A DNA stretch of 64,000 bases from an uncultured Clostridia bacterium (GTDB lineage: Bacteria > Bacillota > Clostridia > Christensenellales > UBA1242). Shown here one piece after another: positions 39,304 to 49,096 of this stretch. Numbering within the stretch: position 1 is the first letter of the stretch; each line of letters starts with the position of its first letter. Location: the NCBI GenBank assembly GCA_934777435.1, contig CAKVNK010000002.1:195889-259888 (forward strand), read 5' to 3'. The translations under genes were made by a program, and so were the position numbers. The notes below the pieces were generated by a model. That model had not been told where the DNA came from and searched no databases. It worked only from the letters and a program-made list of their open reading frames with translations.

Positions 39304-40662
39304 ATGGAATGGCAAGCATTTGTAGGTGTTATTGCGATTATCGGTATTGTTATTGTTGTTGGTGGCTTAATTGCATTTTTAGGTCATGTTATTATTGGGG
39401 CTTTTGATAATGAAGACCGCTCAACAAAACAACCTAAGCAAGAAGTTATGGATTACACCCAATATAAACAAAATTTAATTGAGAATAAGGCTGAAGCAGA
39501 AAAGCAACAAGATTATGACTTTGAAGCAATCGATATGGCTAAGGCTCAAAAAGAACAAGATATGCTTAAAGAAAACAGCAAAGAAGATGACTTGTTCAAA
39601 CTTGTTGAGGATAATGACTCTAACTTAGAAGAAATTGAAAACAGATTGAAAAACGAAAACGCTGAAAATAAAGAACCAGAAATGCCAGCAACTGAAGTTA
39701 AAACTTTGGAAGAAGCACCAATGGCTGTTGAAGAAAATGCAACAGAAGATGAAGGCGAAGACGTTGATGTTCAAAACTTGTTAAACGAAATTAACAATCA
39801 AGTTGTTGACGAAGAAAAAGCAAAAGAAGACGAAACTAAGGAAGAAGAAAACCCAGTTTTGGCTGCTTATGACATTGACAAAATTTTAAAAGAATCAAAC
39901 GAAGCAACTGAAGAAGAAGCAACTGAAGAAGAAACAACCAAAGAAACAGACGAAGAAGAAAACAAAACTGAAGAAGTTGCGGAAGAAGTTGCCCCAGTTG
40001 AAGAAAATAAAGAAGTTGAAACAGAAGAAACAACTGAATCAACCAAAGAAGTTGAAGAAGAATCATCAGAAACTGAAGATGACACAACAAAACAAGAGTT
40101 GGAAGAAGCAAACAAACGTATTGCTGAACTTACATCTCAAATTGCAAATCTTAACAAACAAATAAATGAACAGCCAGAACAACAACCTGAAGTTGTAACA
40201 ATCGATATGACCGAAGAAGAGTGCTTAAACCGTATTGCTGTTTTGGAAGAACGTTTGAAAAATGCTAAAAAAGATTATAAGATCAATATGAAGGAATATC
40301 GTCCTTTGAAAAAAGTGATGACAGACCTTGAAAGATACCAAACAAAACTTCGTCGTAAAGAAGCAATCGTTGCTAAAAAGAAAGTTGCTTTGTATGGTGT
40401 GAACAACTATGTTGATATTGATAAAGAAAAAGCAGAAAAACTTGCTAATGAACTTGAATTGCTTGACGGTTTGAGATTGAGCGTTAACCACTGTGAAGAT
40501 GTTATCAATGCTAACAAAGACCGCTTCCCAATTTTGGAACATACAAACAGCATTTTAGAAGAACAAATTGCTCAACTTGAAGAAGATTTGAAACAAACAA
40601 ACTTAACCCTTCAAAAAATCCGCGAACGCGAAGGCAAGGGCGAAGGTGAAAATAACCAATAA
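39304..40662 (+). CDS. Membrane-anchored, highly acidic coiled-coil protein
   Basis: AGGAG RBS. N-terminal TM segment (FVGVIAIIGIVIVVGGLIAFLGHVIIGAF), followed by an E/K-rich low-complexity and coiled-coil region. Confidence 0.65.
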   Translation: MEWQAFVGVIAIIGIVIVVGGLIAFLGHVIIGAFDNEDRSTKQPKQEVMDYTQYKQNLIENKAEAEKQQDYDFEAIDMAKAQKEQDMLKENSKEDDLFKLVEDNDSNLEEIENRLKNENAENKEPEMPATEVKTLEEAPMAVEENATEDEGEDVDVQNLLNEINNQVVDEEKAKEDETKEEENPVLAAYDIDKILKESNEATEEEATEEETTKETDEEENKTEEVAEEVAPVEENKEVETEETTESTKEVEEESSETEDDTTKQELEEANKRIAELTSQIANLNKQINEQPEQQPEVVTIDMTEEECLNRIAVLEERLKNAKKDYKINMKEYRPLKKVMTDLERYQTKLRRKEAIVAKKKVALYGVNNYVDIDKEKAEKLANELELLDGLRLSVNHCEDVINANKDRFPILEHTNSILEEQIAQLEEDLKQTNLTLQKIREREGKGEGENNQ

Positions 40663-40697
40663 TTTAAAAGCAAATAAAAAATAATAAATGTTAAAAA

Positions 40698-40722
40698 ATC
40701 CACAGATAATGTGGGTTTTTTT
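40698..40722 (+). terminator. Rho-independent terminator
   Basis: Stem ccaca/tgtgg followed by a T-run. Confidence 0.65.
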
Positions 40723-40840
40723 ATACTTCATTTAAAAATAATTGTTTTTTACAGTGTTTTTAATGTTGGGTAAATAATAGATTTAATTTGTTTATTTTTA
40801 TATTTTATTGTATAATACAGTCATAATTGGTGGTTAAAAC

Positions 40841-41716
40841 GTGCATAATAAAAATATGGGGTTAACATCAAAATTTGGATTAAAACGCATGAACATTTTC
40901 CACAAAAAATACAAAATTGGTTTGTGTTTAAGTGGTGGTGGCACACGTGGATTTGCACACCTTGGTGCGTTTAAAGCCTTTGCAGAATATGGTATAAAAT
41001 TTGATGCTGTTGCCGGTGCAAGTGCTGGCAGTATTTTTGGTGCTTTATATGCAAGTGGACTCAGTTTTGAACAGATTTATGAAATGTCCAACCAAGTTAA
41101 ACAAAGCGATTTGATAAAACAAAAGTTTGGCATTTTGCCTTCTAGTATGGATATGCTGGCTGAAACTTTGGATAGAGTTTTGCCAATCAAACGCATTGAA
41201 AATTTGAAAGTGCCTTATTATGCGGTTGCAGTGGATTTAAAAACTGGCAAACAAGTGGTGTTTAAAACGGGGAAATTAAATAGTGTTATCACTGGCAGTT
41301 GTGCAATTCCTGGCGTGTTTTTGCCTGTTAAATATAGAGATATGACCTTGATTGACGGCGGAGTAAGGAACAATGTTCCGTCTGACGTTTTATATAAAAA
41401 TGGTTGTGATTTTGTTATAACAATAGACTGCAATTCAACACGTGGCGGTGGTACTGAAAGCAATAAATTATGGACGCAATTTGTAACCAGCATTGGTATT
41501 ATGATGGTTAACAATTCAAAACAAGGGCTTATGTGGAGCGACCTTGTTATTGCCCCTGATATGGCACGTTTTAACTCGCTTAAACTTGAAAATAAGGACG
41601 AAATGATTAAGGCCGGTTATGACGCTGTTGTTAAGGCTATGCCAGAAATTGAAAAGATATTTTTGGGTAAACACAAAAGAAAATGGATAGACAAAAGAAA
41701 GCAACAAATTTGGTAA
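40841..41716 (+). CDS. Patatin-like phospholipase
   Basis: GGGTRG oxyanion motif, GASAGS (GxSxG) nucleophile elbow and DGG motif. GTG start with a GGTGG RBS; ATG at 40889 is an alternative. Confidence 0.85.
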   Translation: MHNKNMGLTSKFGLKRMNIFHKKYKIGLCLSGGGTRGFAHLGAFKAFAEYGIKFDAVAGASAGSIFGALYASGLSFEQIYEMSNQVKQSDLIKQKFGILPSSMDMLAETLDRVLPIKRIENLKVPYYAVAVDLKTGKQVVFKTGKLNSVITGSCAIPGVFLPVKYRDMTLIDGGVRNNVPSDVLYKNGCDFVITIDCNSTRGGGTESNKLWTQFVTSIGIMMVNNSKQGLMWSDLVIAPDMARFNSLKLENKDEMIKAGYDAVVKAMPEIEKIFLGKHKRKWIDKRKQQIW

Positions 41717-42756
41717 AAAATGTTAAATTTAACAAAAAACACAGCAAAATAACCAAAATTATAGCACTTTCAATAATTATTTTGGTTTTAAGTGTTCTGT
41801 GTTTGTTTTTTAATGCATTAAATCCTGTGATTGTGGCTTGGCTTAAAAATGATTTTGATTGCGTGAGTGTGAAAGATAATTTGCTTGTGCATTTTATTAA
41901 TGTTGGGCAAGGTGATGCAATATCAATCAATCTGCCAGACGGCAAAACTGCAATTATAGATGCTGGGCCTGCCAACGCAAGCAATGTTCTTGTGAAATAT
42001 GTGCAAGAAAAAGTTTTAAACAATAAGCACAACAATGTTGTTGACTATTTAGTGCTTACTCACGCTGATGCTGACCATATCGGCGGAGCAGTTGGTTTGC
42101 TTAATGCATTTGATTTTAAAACAATTTATATGCCTATTGTTGAAAGTAGTTCGGCTACTTATGTAAATTTAACCGAAGCAGTGGAAAAAGAAAATTGCAA
42201 TGTGGTTGTAAATCATAATCAAATTGAACTTGATACAGACTGTTTGTTGAAAATATTTAAACCGCTTGATTATACTGATACTAACAACACTTGTCCACTT
42301 ATTAAATTGGAATATATGGCAAAATCATTTTTATTTACTGGTGATTTGGAAGCAAAAGGTGAAAAAGATTATGTTAATTTGCTTGGCGAAGAATTAGATG
42401 TTGATGTGCTTAAAGTTGCACACCACGGCAGTAAATATTCAACTTGTGAAGAATTTTTGGCGGCAACCACGCCTGAATATGCAGTGATTTCAAGCGGAAA
42501 CAGGTATGGACACCCAAACCAAGAAACTCTGGATAGGCTAGAAGCGGTAAATTCAAACATTGTCCGCACTGACGCGGTTGGCAATGTTATGTTTGCGGTT
42601 GGTGAAAATTATAATTTAGATTTGCTTACTGGGGAATATGCGGTTTCTGGCTTTATATTTGACTATCGCTATATAGTGCTGATTATTGACACTATTTTGG
42701 TGGTTGAAATTATAATTGTTGCAACAAAAAGGCGTAAAGTTAACAAGCATAATTAA
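41683..42756 (+). CDS. ComEC-related metallo-beta-lactamase-fold hydrolase (membrane anchored)
   Basis: N- and C-terminal TM segments. MBL motifs LVLTHADADHIGG and VAHHGS. Confidence 0.75.
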   Translation: MDRQKKATNLVKNVKFNKKHSKITKIIALSIIILVLSVLCLFFNALNPVIVAWLKNDFDCVSVKDNLLVHFINVGQGDAISINLPDGKTAIIDAGPANASNVLVKYVQEKVLNNKHNNVVDYLVLTHADADHIGGAVGLLNAFDFKTIYMPIVESSSATYVNLTEAVEKENCNVVVNHNQIELDTDCLLKIFKPLDYTDTNNTCPLIKLEYMAKSFLFTGDLEAKGEKDYVNLLGEELDVDVLKVAHHGSKYSTCEEFLAATTPEYAVISSGNRYGHPNQETLDRLEAVNSNIVRTDAVGNVMFAVGENYNLDLLTGEYAVSGFIFDYRYIVLIIDTILVVEIIIVATKRRKVNKHN

Positions 42757-42825
42757 AGAAAAATAAAAATTTTTAAAAATGTTAAAAATTAATGTATATT
42801 TAAAAAAATTGCTCACATATTAATA

Positions 42826-43074
42826 ATGTAAGGCAACCCCTTACACATAAGAGAGATAGTCTTATGCTCCAAAAAAAGCACAATAGTTTGAACGTGATTA
42901 AGTTGGCATTAGCCAACACTGGCGTTCTTAGAAGATTTGTGTTTTCGAGTGTAAATCAACATCTCTCTTTTTCATTGAATATTTGATAAGATAAGAGATG
43001 TTTTAATGCCTTTTTAGATATACTAGACTGCACTTGGTTTTACAAAGAAATCAGTTATAGTCGTCAATTATAAT
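42826..43074 (+). ncRNA. Candidate structured small RNA (unclassified)
   Basis: ORF-free gap. Hairpin tgtaagg-caacc-ccttaca. A ~120-nt imperfect hairpin is closed by aagagagat/atctctctt with apex gttggc-atta-gccaac. An alternative pairing is catctct/agagatg. The region ends at a terminator. Strand is uncertain. Confidence 0.25.
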
Positions 43075-43106
43075 ATAAAAAAATCCACAGAAATTGTGGA
43101 TTTTTT
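43075..43106. terminator. Bidirectional terminator (downstream of rpsI)
   Basis: aatccaca-gaaat-tgtggatt flanked by A- and T-runs. The same hairpin recurs at 46657-46679. Confidence 0.75.
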
Positions 43107-43157
43107 GTTTTGTAATTGTCTGCACAATAGTGCAAGGGTAAACAACACAAGTTCGGC

Positions 43158-43634
43158 TTAACGTTTGCTGAATTGTGGTGCTTTACGTGCTTTGTGTAAA
43201 CCGTATTTTTTACGTTCTTTCTTACGAGCGTCACGTGTTACAAAGCCTGCTTTTTTAAGTTCACTGCGAAGTTCTGGGCGATATTCCATCAATGCACGTG
43301 TAATGCCGTGACGAAGTGCACCTGCTTGACCTGCTTTACCACCACCATAAATGTTAGCAACAATGTCAACATTATTTTCAGTTTCAGTTAAAACCAAAGG
43401 TTGTTTAACGATTGTGATAAGAGTGTCAAGGTCGAAGTAATCTTTTAATTCTTCACCATTAACTTTGATTGCGCCTGTGCCGGTTGTTAAACGAACACGA
43501 GCAACTGAGCATTTCCTGCGACCAGTACCCAAGAATTCTTGAGCCTTAACTTTTGCTTTTGCAGGGGCTTTTTTAACTGTTTTTGTTGTTTTAGTTGTTT
43601 TTGCAACTTTCTTTTCTTCAACTACTTCTGCCAT
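43158..43634 (-). CDS. rpsI: 30S ribosomal protein S9 (with Lys/Thr-rich N-terminal extension)
   Basis: GGAGG RBS. Conserved [14 protein letters not shown] and C-terminal ...RKAPQFSKR. Confidence 0.95.
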   Translation of the reverse strand: MAEVVEEKKVAKTTKTTKTVKKAPAKAKVKAQEFLGTGRRKCSVARVRLTTGTGAIKVNGEELKDYFDLDTLITIVKQPLVLTETENNVDIVANIYGGGKAGQAGALRHGITRALMEYRPELRSELKKAGFVTRDARKKERKKYGLHKARKAPQFSKR

Positions 43635-44071
43635 TAGTTTTTACCTCCGTTCCAGATTTCAGGTTTTTGGGCTTGGTTAAAATGTTCAGCACCTTTATAG
43701 ATGTGGCAGTGTGTTGCCATTGTGCGACCCAAACTATTTTTTGGAAGCATACCTTTAATTGCCCTCATCAAAGCAACATCGCTTTGTTCAGCCATCATTT
43801 TCTTGTATTGAATCAATTTCAAACCTGATTGATAGCCTGAGTAACGTTTGAAGTATTTTTGTTCTTCCTTTTTACCTGTTAAAACAAGTTTATCACTGTT
43901 TATAACAATAACATTGTCGCCACAGTCAATGTTTGGTGTGAAGGTTGCTTTGTGTTTACCACGAAGAAGGCTTGCTGCTTCTGCTGCAACACGGCCAAGG
44001 ACTTTGCCTTCAGCATCAATGATGTACCATTTCTTTTCAACAGTGGCTTTATTTGCCATAATTGTACGCAT
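43634..44071 (-). CDS. rplM: 50S ribosomal protein L13
   Basis: Start trimmed to ATG 44071 (AGGAGA RBS). [20 protein letters not shown] is a typical L13 N-terminus. The stop overlaps the rpsI start (TAATG). Confidence 0.95.
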   Translation of the reverse strand: MRTIMANKATVEKKWYIIDAEGKVLGRVAAEAASLLRGKHKATFTPNIDCGDNVIVINSDKLVLTGKKEEQKYFKRYSGYQSGLKLIQYKKMMAEQSDVALMRAIKGMLPKNSLGRTMATHCHIYKGAEHFNQAQKPEIWNGGKN

Positions 44072-44149
44072 TGTATTTCTCCTTATAAAAATTAAATTTA
44101 ATCTAAAATTTGTGATACATAAAACACAATCAAGTGTTTTAAACAAAAC

Positions 44150-44270
44150 GATTTATGTTTTTGCAACATAGATAATTTTGCTGTTTGTGACCTTATTTCG
44201 CGTTCAGGTCAATGTTAAGGCAAAATCTCCCGTGTGGCAGGAAAAATCGCACTTAACGTGCAATACTAGA
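44150..44270 (-). promoter_or_regulatory. Possible rplM-rpsI 5' leader
   Basis: A ~120-nt structured region upstream of rplM (gtgcgatttttcctgccacacgggag...). Assigned from position only; the motif is not verified. Confidence 0.2.
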
Positions 44271-44484
44271 TAATTATATAAGAAACAAAATAAATTGTCA
44301 ATACAATTAAACAAAATTTTAAATTAAAATTCGCCTTTTAAATTTGGCGTAAATTATCTTAAACAGCGTTGAATTTTGTTTGTTTTTGTGCCGTTGGTTT
44401 GCTATAATTAAGGTGTTTGATGTGAAATTAACATTAAATTTTGCAACAAATTTGTATTACAACTATACTTAAAAGGAAAAGAAA

Positions 44485-46638
44485 ATGGATTTAACAAAAC
44501 AACTGGCATACGAATTCAATTTGAAAGAAGTGTATGCTGAAAACATCATCAATTTGATTGATGAAGGCAACACAATACCGTTTATTGCTCGTTATAGAAA
44601 AGAAGCACACGGTGCGTGTGATGACCAAGTTTTGCGTGATTTTGCTGATAGGCTTAATTATTTGCGTAACTTGAACAAGGAAAAAGAAAAAGTTGAAAAG
44701 GTGATTAAAGAGCAAGAGAAGTGGACAGACGAAATTGCTTTGGCACTTGAAAATGCACTTACACTCACCGAAGTGGAAGATATTTATAGGCCATATAAAC
44801 CAAAACGTAAAACAAGGGCAACTGTGGCTATTGCAAAAGGGCTTGAACCACTTGCTGACGCAATTCAAGCACAAGATTTAACTTGCCCAGTTGAAGAAAT
44901 TGCAAAAGATTATGTAAGCGAAGAAAAGGGCGTTAAAAATGTTGAAGAAGCCATTGCTGGTGCAAAAGATATTATTGCTGAACGTATAAGTGATGACGCC
45001 TCTTTACGTAAAACCTTGCGTGAAATTATTGCTAAAAAGGCACAAATTAAAGCCGTTTGGGACGAAGAAAAAGACACAAACAAAACCTATGAAAATTATA
45101 AGGACTTTTCAGGCGAAGTGGCTAAACTTCCAAGCCACCGCATTTTGGCACTTAACCGTGGCGAGAAGGAAGATTGCTTGAAAGTTGATATTGAAATCAA
45201 CCCAAAACTTACAATCACTGAAATTGAAAAAGCATATAAAAAAGAGAACGAATATACCAATCAAATTATGCTTGACACAATTGAAGATAGTTATGATAGA
45301 TTGTTGTTCCCTTCACTTGAAAATGAGTGCCGTAGGGCTTTAACTGATAGGGCAAATGAACAAGCGATCAAAATGTTTGAAGTTAACTTAAAACCATTGT
45401 TGCTTCAAGCACCACTTAAAAACAATGTTATTATGGGTTATGACCCTGGTTATTACAACGGCTGTAAAATTGCAGTTATTGACACAAAAGGTGATGTGCT
45501 TGACACAGCAGTTGTTCACCCAACTCCACCACAAAATAAGGTTGAAGAAGCAAAGAAAAAATTGACAGAAATGATTGTGCGTAACAATGTTGACATCATT
45601 GCAATCGGTAACGGCACAGCAAGCAAAGAAAGTGAAATTTTGGTGGCAGATTTGATTAAAACTTGCCCACGCAAAGTTAGTTATGCAATGGTTAACGAAG
45701 CAGGTGCTTCTGTTTACAGTGCTTCAAAACTTGCTGCAAAAGAGTTTCCAGATTATGATGTAAACTTGCGTAGTGCGGTTTCTATTGCACGCAGATTGCA
45801 AGACCCACTTGCAGAACTTATCAAAATTGATGTTAAATCAATCGGAGTGGGGCAATATCAACACGATATGCCACAAAACCGCTTAACAGAAGTGCTTACA
45901 AACACTGTTGAAGATTGTGTTAACAGCGTTGGTGTTGACCTTAACACCGCTTCTGTAAGTTTGTTGAGTTATGTTTCTGGCATTTCAAACAGTTTGGCAG
46001 AAAATATTGTTGACTATCGTAGCCAAGTTAAACACATTAACGACCGTAGCGAACTTATGAACGTTAAAAAGATGGGGCCAAAAGCCTATGAACAATGTGC
46101 AGGTTTCTTGCGTATTACTGACGGCGACAACATTTTGGATAACACCGCTGTTCACCCAGAAAGTTATAATTCAGTTGAAAAATTGCTTGCCTTGTTCAAT
46201 TTAACAGACGAACAAATCAAAACTGGTGGCTTAACTTTGTTGCCAAGTTTGATTGATAAGAAAGGCGAACAATCAGTTGCTGACGCAATCGGTGTTGGTG
46301 TGCCTACCTTGCAAGATATTGTTAAAGAACTTTTAAAACCTGGCCGTGATATTCGTGAAGATATGCCATTGCCAGAGTTACGCAGTGATATTCTTTCAAT
46401 GGAAGACCTTAAACCAGATATGGTGCTTGACGGCGTTGTTCGTAATGTTATTGACTTTGGTGCATTTGTGGATATTGGTGTACACCAAGATGGTTTGGTT
46501 CACATTTCACAAATCAGCAATGCTTATATCACTCACCCAAGCGAAGTGCTTAAAGTTGGTCAAAAAGTTAAAGTTAAAGTGCTTTCAGTTGACCTTCAAA
46601 AGAAACGTATTTCACTCACCATGAAAGGCATTGAATAA
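44485..46638 (+). CDS. tex: Transcription accessory protein Tex (S1 RNA-binding domain protein)
   Basis: 717 aa. N-terminal IPFIARYRKE, YqgF-like and HhH regions, and a C-terminal S1 domain (GVVRNVIDFGAFVDIG...VKVKVLSVD). Confidence 0.95.
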   Translation: MDLTKQLAYEFNLKEVYAENIINLIDEGNTIPFIARYRKEAHGACDDQVLRDFADRLNYLRNLNKEKEKVEKVIKEQEKWTDEIALALENALTLTEVEDIYRPYKPKRKTRATVAIAKGLEPLADAIQAQDLTCPVEEIAKDYVSEEKGVKNVEEAIAGAKDIIAERISDDASLRKTLREIIAKKAQIKAVWDEEKDTNKTYENYKDFSGEVAKLPSHRILALNRGEKEDCLKVDIEINPKLTITEIEKAYKKENEYTNQIMLDTIEDSYDRLLFPSLENECRRALTDRANEQAIKMFEVNLKPLLLQAPLKNNVIMGYDPGYYNGCKIAVIDTKGDVLDTAVVHPTPPQNKVEEAKKKLTEMIVRNNVDIIAIGNGTASKESEILVADLIKTCPRKVSYAMVNEAGASVYSASKLAAKEFPDYDVNLRSAVSIARRLQDPLAELIKIDVKSIGVGQYQHDMPQNRLTEVLTNTVEDCVNSVGVDLNTASVSLLSYVSGISNSLAENIVDYRSQVKHINDRSELMNVKKMGPKAYEQCAGFLRITDGDNILDNTAVHPESYNSVEKLLALFNLTDEQIKTGGLTLLPSLIDKKGEQSVADAIGVGVPTLQDIVKELLKPGRDIREDMPLPELRSDILSMEDLKPDMVLDGVVRNVIDFGAFVDIGVHQDGLVHISQISNAYITHPSEVLKVGQKVKVKVLSVDLQKKRISLTMKGIE

Positions 46639-46654
46639 AACAAATTGCAAAAAG

Positions 46655-46684
46655 AAAAATCCACAGAAATTGTGGATTTTTTTG
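46655..46684. terminator. Terminator (same hairpin as 43075-43106)
   Basis: aaatccaca-gaaat-tgtggattt followed by a T-run. Confidence 0.75.
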
Positions 46685-46741
46685 TAGTGTTTTTAATCAA
46701 CTATATTTTTATAAAAGCAAGTGTGTTAGTCTTGTTTTGGT

Positions 46742-47446
46742 TTACACCATATGATAGTCAAACGCTTTAAATATAGCGTCCATAATAACATTGCATTTGC
46801 CTGCTAATGTGGTTTGACCATTGATACGTTCTTGCAATTCTGTTTGTTGGCTACCAATAACATAAGCACGGAAGGTGAGAGTGATGATTGTTGATTGATA
46901 AGCGTTGCCCATTTTTTCATGTAATTTAAGTTTGCCTTCTGGGATAACTTCAATTAAATTTTGAGTTTCTGGAATAGCGGTTGGAATCATCAAATATCTA
47001 AAATCAGTGTCATATGGGGTGTTGGTGTAACGGCCGTCAAACCAAGTTGTGTCCCCATGGATACCAATAAGTGGATTAGATAAGTCATAATCAGTGATTT
47101 CTTGATTGTAATTTGGGCTGTTAGGGTCATTATTAATAGCCTTAACAGTGTAAACAACAGCGATATAAACAGGTGTGTTTGAGGAGTTTGTTACAGTAAG
47201 TGCAGTGTTTGGAAGCACTTGACCTGGAATATAATAACTGTTTGTGTTCAAAATTTCACTTGAACCGCTTGAACCTGAACCTGCGTTCATTTCAATTTTA
47301 AGGTTTGCCATTTTAACAATACCTGAAATTTTGGAACTTGTTGTGCTGTAATAGGCATAAACACCACCAAAAACACAAGTTAACAACAGCAAGATTGCCA
47401 AAACTATAATTGTGATTGTTTGCCCTGATAATTTCTTTTTTGTCAC
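46742..47446 (-). CDS. TasA/camelysin-family secreted protein with SipW-type signal peptide (third paralogue)
   Basis: GTG start with a GGGG RBS. MTKKKLSGQTITIIVLAILLLLTCVFGGVYAYYSTT fits the SipW-type pattern. Its signal-peptide DNA is not identical to the inverted repeat at 31839. Confidence 0.75.
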   Translation of the reverse strand: MTKKKLSGQTITIIVLAILLLLTCVFGGVYAYYSTTSSKISGIVKMANLKIEMNAGSGSSGSSEILNTNSYYIPGQVLPNTALTVTNSSNTPVYIAVVYTVKAINNDPNSPNYNQEITDYDLSNPLIGIHGDTTWFDGRYTNTPYDTDFRYLMIPTAIPETQNLIEVIPEGKLKLHEKMGNAYQSTIITLTFRAYVIGSQQTELQERINGQTTLAGKCNVIMDAIFKAFDYHMV

Positions 47447-47836
47447 TTTTTACCCCTAAATAAATGATTTTTTGAAATTTTATTATTAACTTTAGTTTTT
47501 AGCCAAAGCGTAATTGTGAATTATCAAAAGTGCCGCGTAAGGCACTCTTTAACTTATTTTATTTTAGAGAATAATTTTAACAAAGTCAAACGGAAATGTT
47601 AATAAATGTAGAAAATTTGAAAATAATTAAAAAAAAGATAGAATATACAATTTTTTTAGGCTATTTTGTTATATTTTCCGCCTATTTTTGTGGTGTGTAA
47701 GGCAGATTTAGGCATTAAAAAGCTCAGCGGAAAGCAAATACAAAATTCATTACGGTAACAAAAAAACGCACACTGACAAATTGTCTGTTTTATTGCGGCA
47801 CAAAATAAGTTTAAATTCACACCTTTAATAGGTTAT

Positions 47837-48199
47837 TTAAACAAAATAGTCTGTAATAAAATCTTTGACAATTTTTATAAACTGACAGCAACTTGGTGGG
47901 CTGTCTTTTAGCCAGTAATGCGATAATTGTTGTTTTAAATCAGTATCCCATTTGACGTTGATTATATTGCGAATATCACGCTCTATGGTGCAATCATTTT
48001 TACAATATTTCTGGGCAATACGCGGGTAAATCTGCCTTGAAAAAGACTGTATCGTGGCATCATCCTGTATCATTTTTCTTAAAATTTCACTTAAATAATA
48101 GAACGCTATATAATTCGAGCCAATACCTAAATCTTTTAATCGTTTGTTGATTAAATGATTTTTTAAAATATGTTCAAAATAATCTGTTTCTTTACACAT
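47837..48199 (-). CDS. Stand-alone Spo0A C-terminal (DNA-binding) domain protein, no receiver domain
   Basis: Aligns to the B. subtilis Spo0A effector domain (LGIGSNYIAFYYLSEI..IYPRIAQKY..TIERDIRNIINVKW versus IGVPAHIKGYLYLREA..LYPDIAKKF..RVERAIRHAIEVAW). Start set at ATG 48199, preceded by GGAGG. The ORF-track start is 48211. Confidence 0.75.
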   Translation of the reverse strand: MCKETDYFEHILKNHLINKRLKDLGIGSNYIAFYYLSEILRKMIQDDATIQSFSRQIYPRIAQKYCKNDCTIERDIRNIINVKWDTDLKQQLSHYWLKDSPPSCCQFIKIVKDFITDYFV

Positions 48200-48346
48200 A
48201 CAGTCCTCCATTTAAGGGGTTTAAAAAAATTTTGTTAATCCGTTTTTGGATTAATCAAAAATACTAATTTAATAATATTGTGTTAAGCGGTTTTGACACG
48301 CTTATGGCCACATACTATCACTTTTTTAAAGGCTAGTCAAACAATT

Positions 48347-48374
48347 TTGTACAATATCCTATAATTTTGTACAA
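48347..48374. promoter_or_regulatory. Pair of TTGTACAA palindromic boxes in a divergent promoter region
   Basis: Boxes at 48347-48354 and 48367-48374 (20-bp spacing), between the Spo0A_C-like gene and spmA. Confidence 0.4.
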
Positions 48375-48529
48375 AAGTTTTATTTTTTTGCAAAAATATC
48401 TCATAAATTAGCCTAAATTTGTGTGATTTTGGGTTTTTAAGGCGGTTGCTACACTCCAAATCAGATAAAAAACCGTTTATATCAGTATTTGTGTTGCATA
48501 ACTTGGGCAAGCTATCAATAAATTAGTGT

Positions 48530-49096
48530 ATGAGCAAAATTTGGATTGTTATGCTGATTTCTAGCCTTGTTATGCTTTGCATTGTTGCCCCTGGCAAAGT
48601 TGTTGGCACAATGATGGAAGCAAGCAAAATGGGCGTTACAATGTGCATAGAATTTATAGGCATTTACGCCGTTTGGATGGGTATTATGCAGGTTATGGAC
48701 GATTGCAAACTCAGCCACAAACTTTCAAAAATATTAAGCAAACCAATCCGTCACATTTTTGGCAGAACGGACGAAGAAACAGAAAAAAACATTTGTTTAA
48801 ACATTGCTTCAAATATTATCGGCATAGGCAGTGCAGCAACTCCGTTTGGCATAAAGGCCATGCGTGGGCTGGATGAAGGCGACAGCAAAGCAACAAGGGC
48901 AATGATAATGCTTGTTGTGATAAATTCAACTGGCATACAACTTTTGCCAACAACTGTTATAGGCATGCGTGCTATGGCTGGCAGTGTAAGCCCAAGTTGC
49001 ATATTGTGGCCAACCATTGTTTCAACCTTTGTGCCAACTTTGTTAGGCATTTTGCTTGTTGCAAGTTTTTATAGAAGGCGGAAAGCAAATGGCTGA
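48530..49096 (+). CDS. spmA: Spore maturation protein A-like (nucleoside recognition domain membrane protein)
   Basis: Polytopic membrane protein with SpmA-like sequence. Overlaps an SpmB-like gene in the usual pair arrangement. Confidence 0.7.
   Translation: MSKIWIVMLISSLVMLCIVAPGKVVGTMMEASKMGVTMCIEFIGIYAVWMGIMQVMDDCKLSHKLSKILSKPIRHIFGRTDEETEKNICLNIASNIIGIGSAATPFGIKAMRGLDEGDSKATRAMIMLVVINSTGIQLLPTTVIGMRAMAGSVSPSCILWPTIVSTFVPTLLGILLVASFYRRRKANG

Noticed and set aside
39836-40115. Antisense and out-of-frame ORFs within the acidic coiled-coil gene
   Set aside because: These are artefacts of GAA/AAG-rich low-complexity coding sequence, which is open in several frames.
43081-43105. DnaA boxes or an origin of replication (ATCCACA motifs plus AT-rich tracts)
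   Set aside because: The ATCCACA/TGTGGAT pairs are the two arms of terminator hairpins flanked by A- and T-runs. No cluster of TTATCCACA boxes and no dnaA or dnaN context is present.
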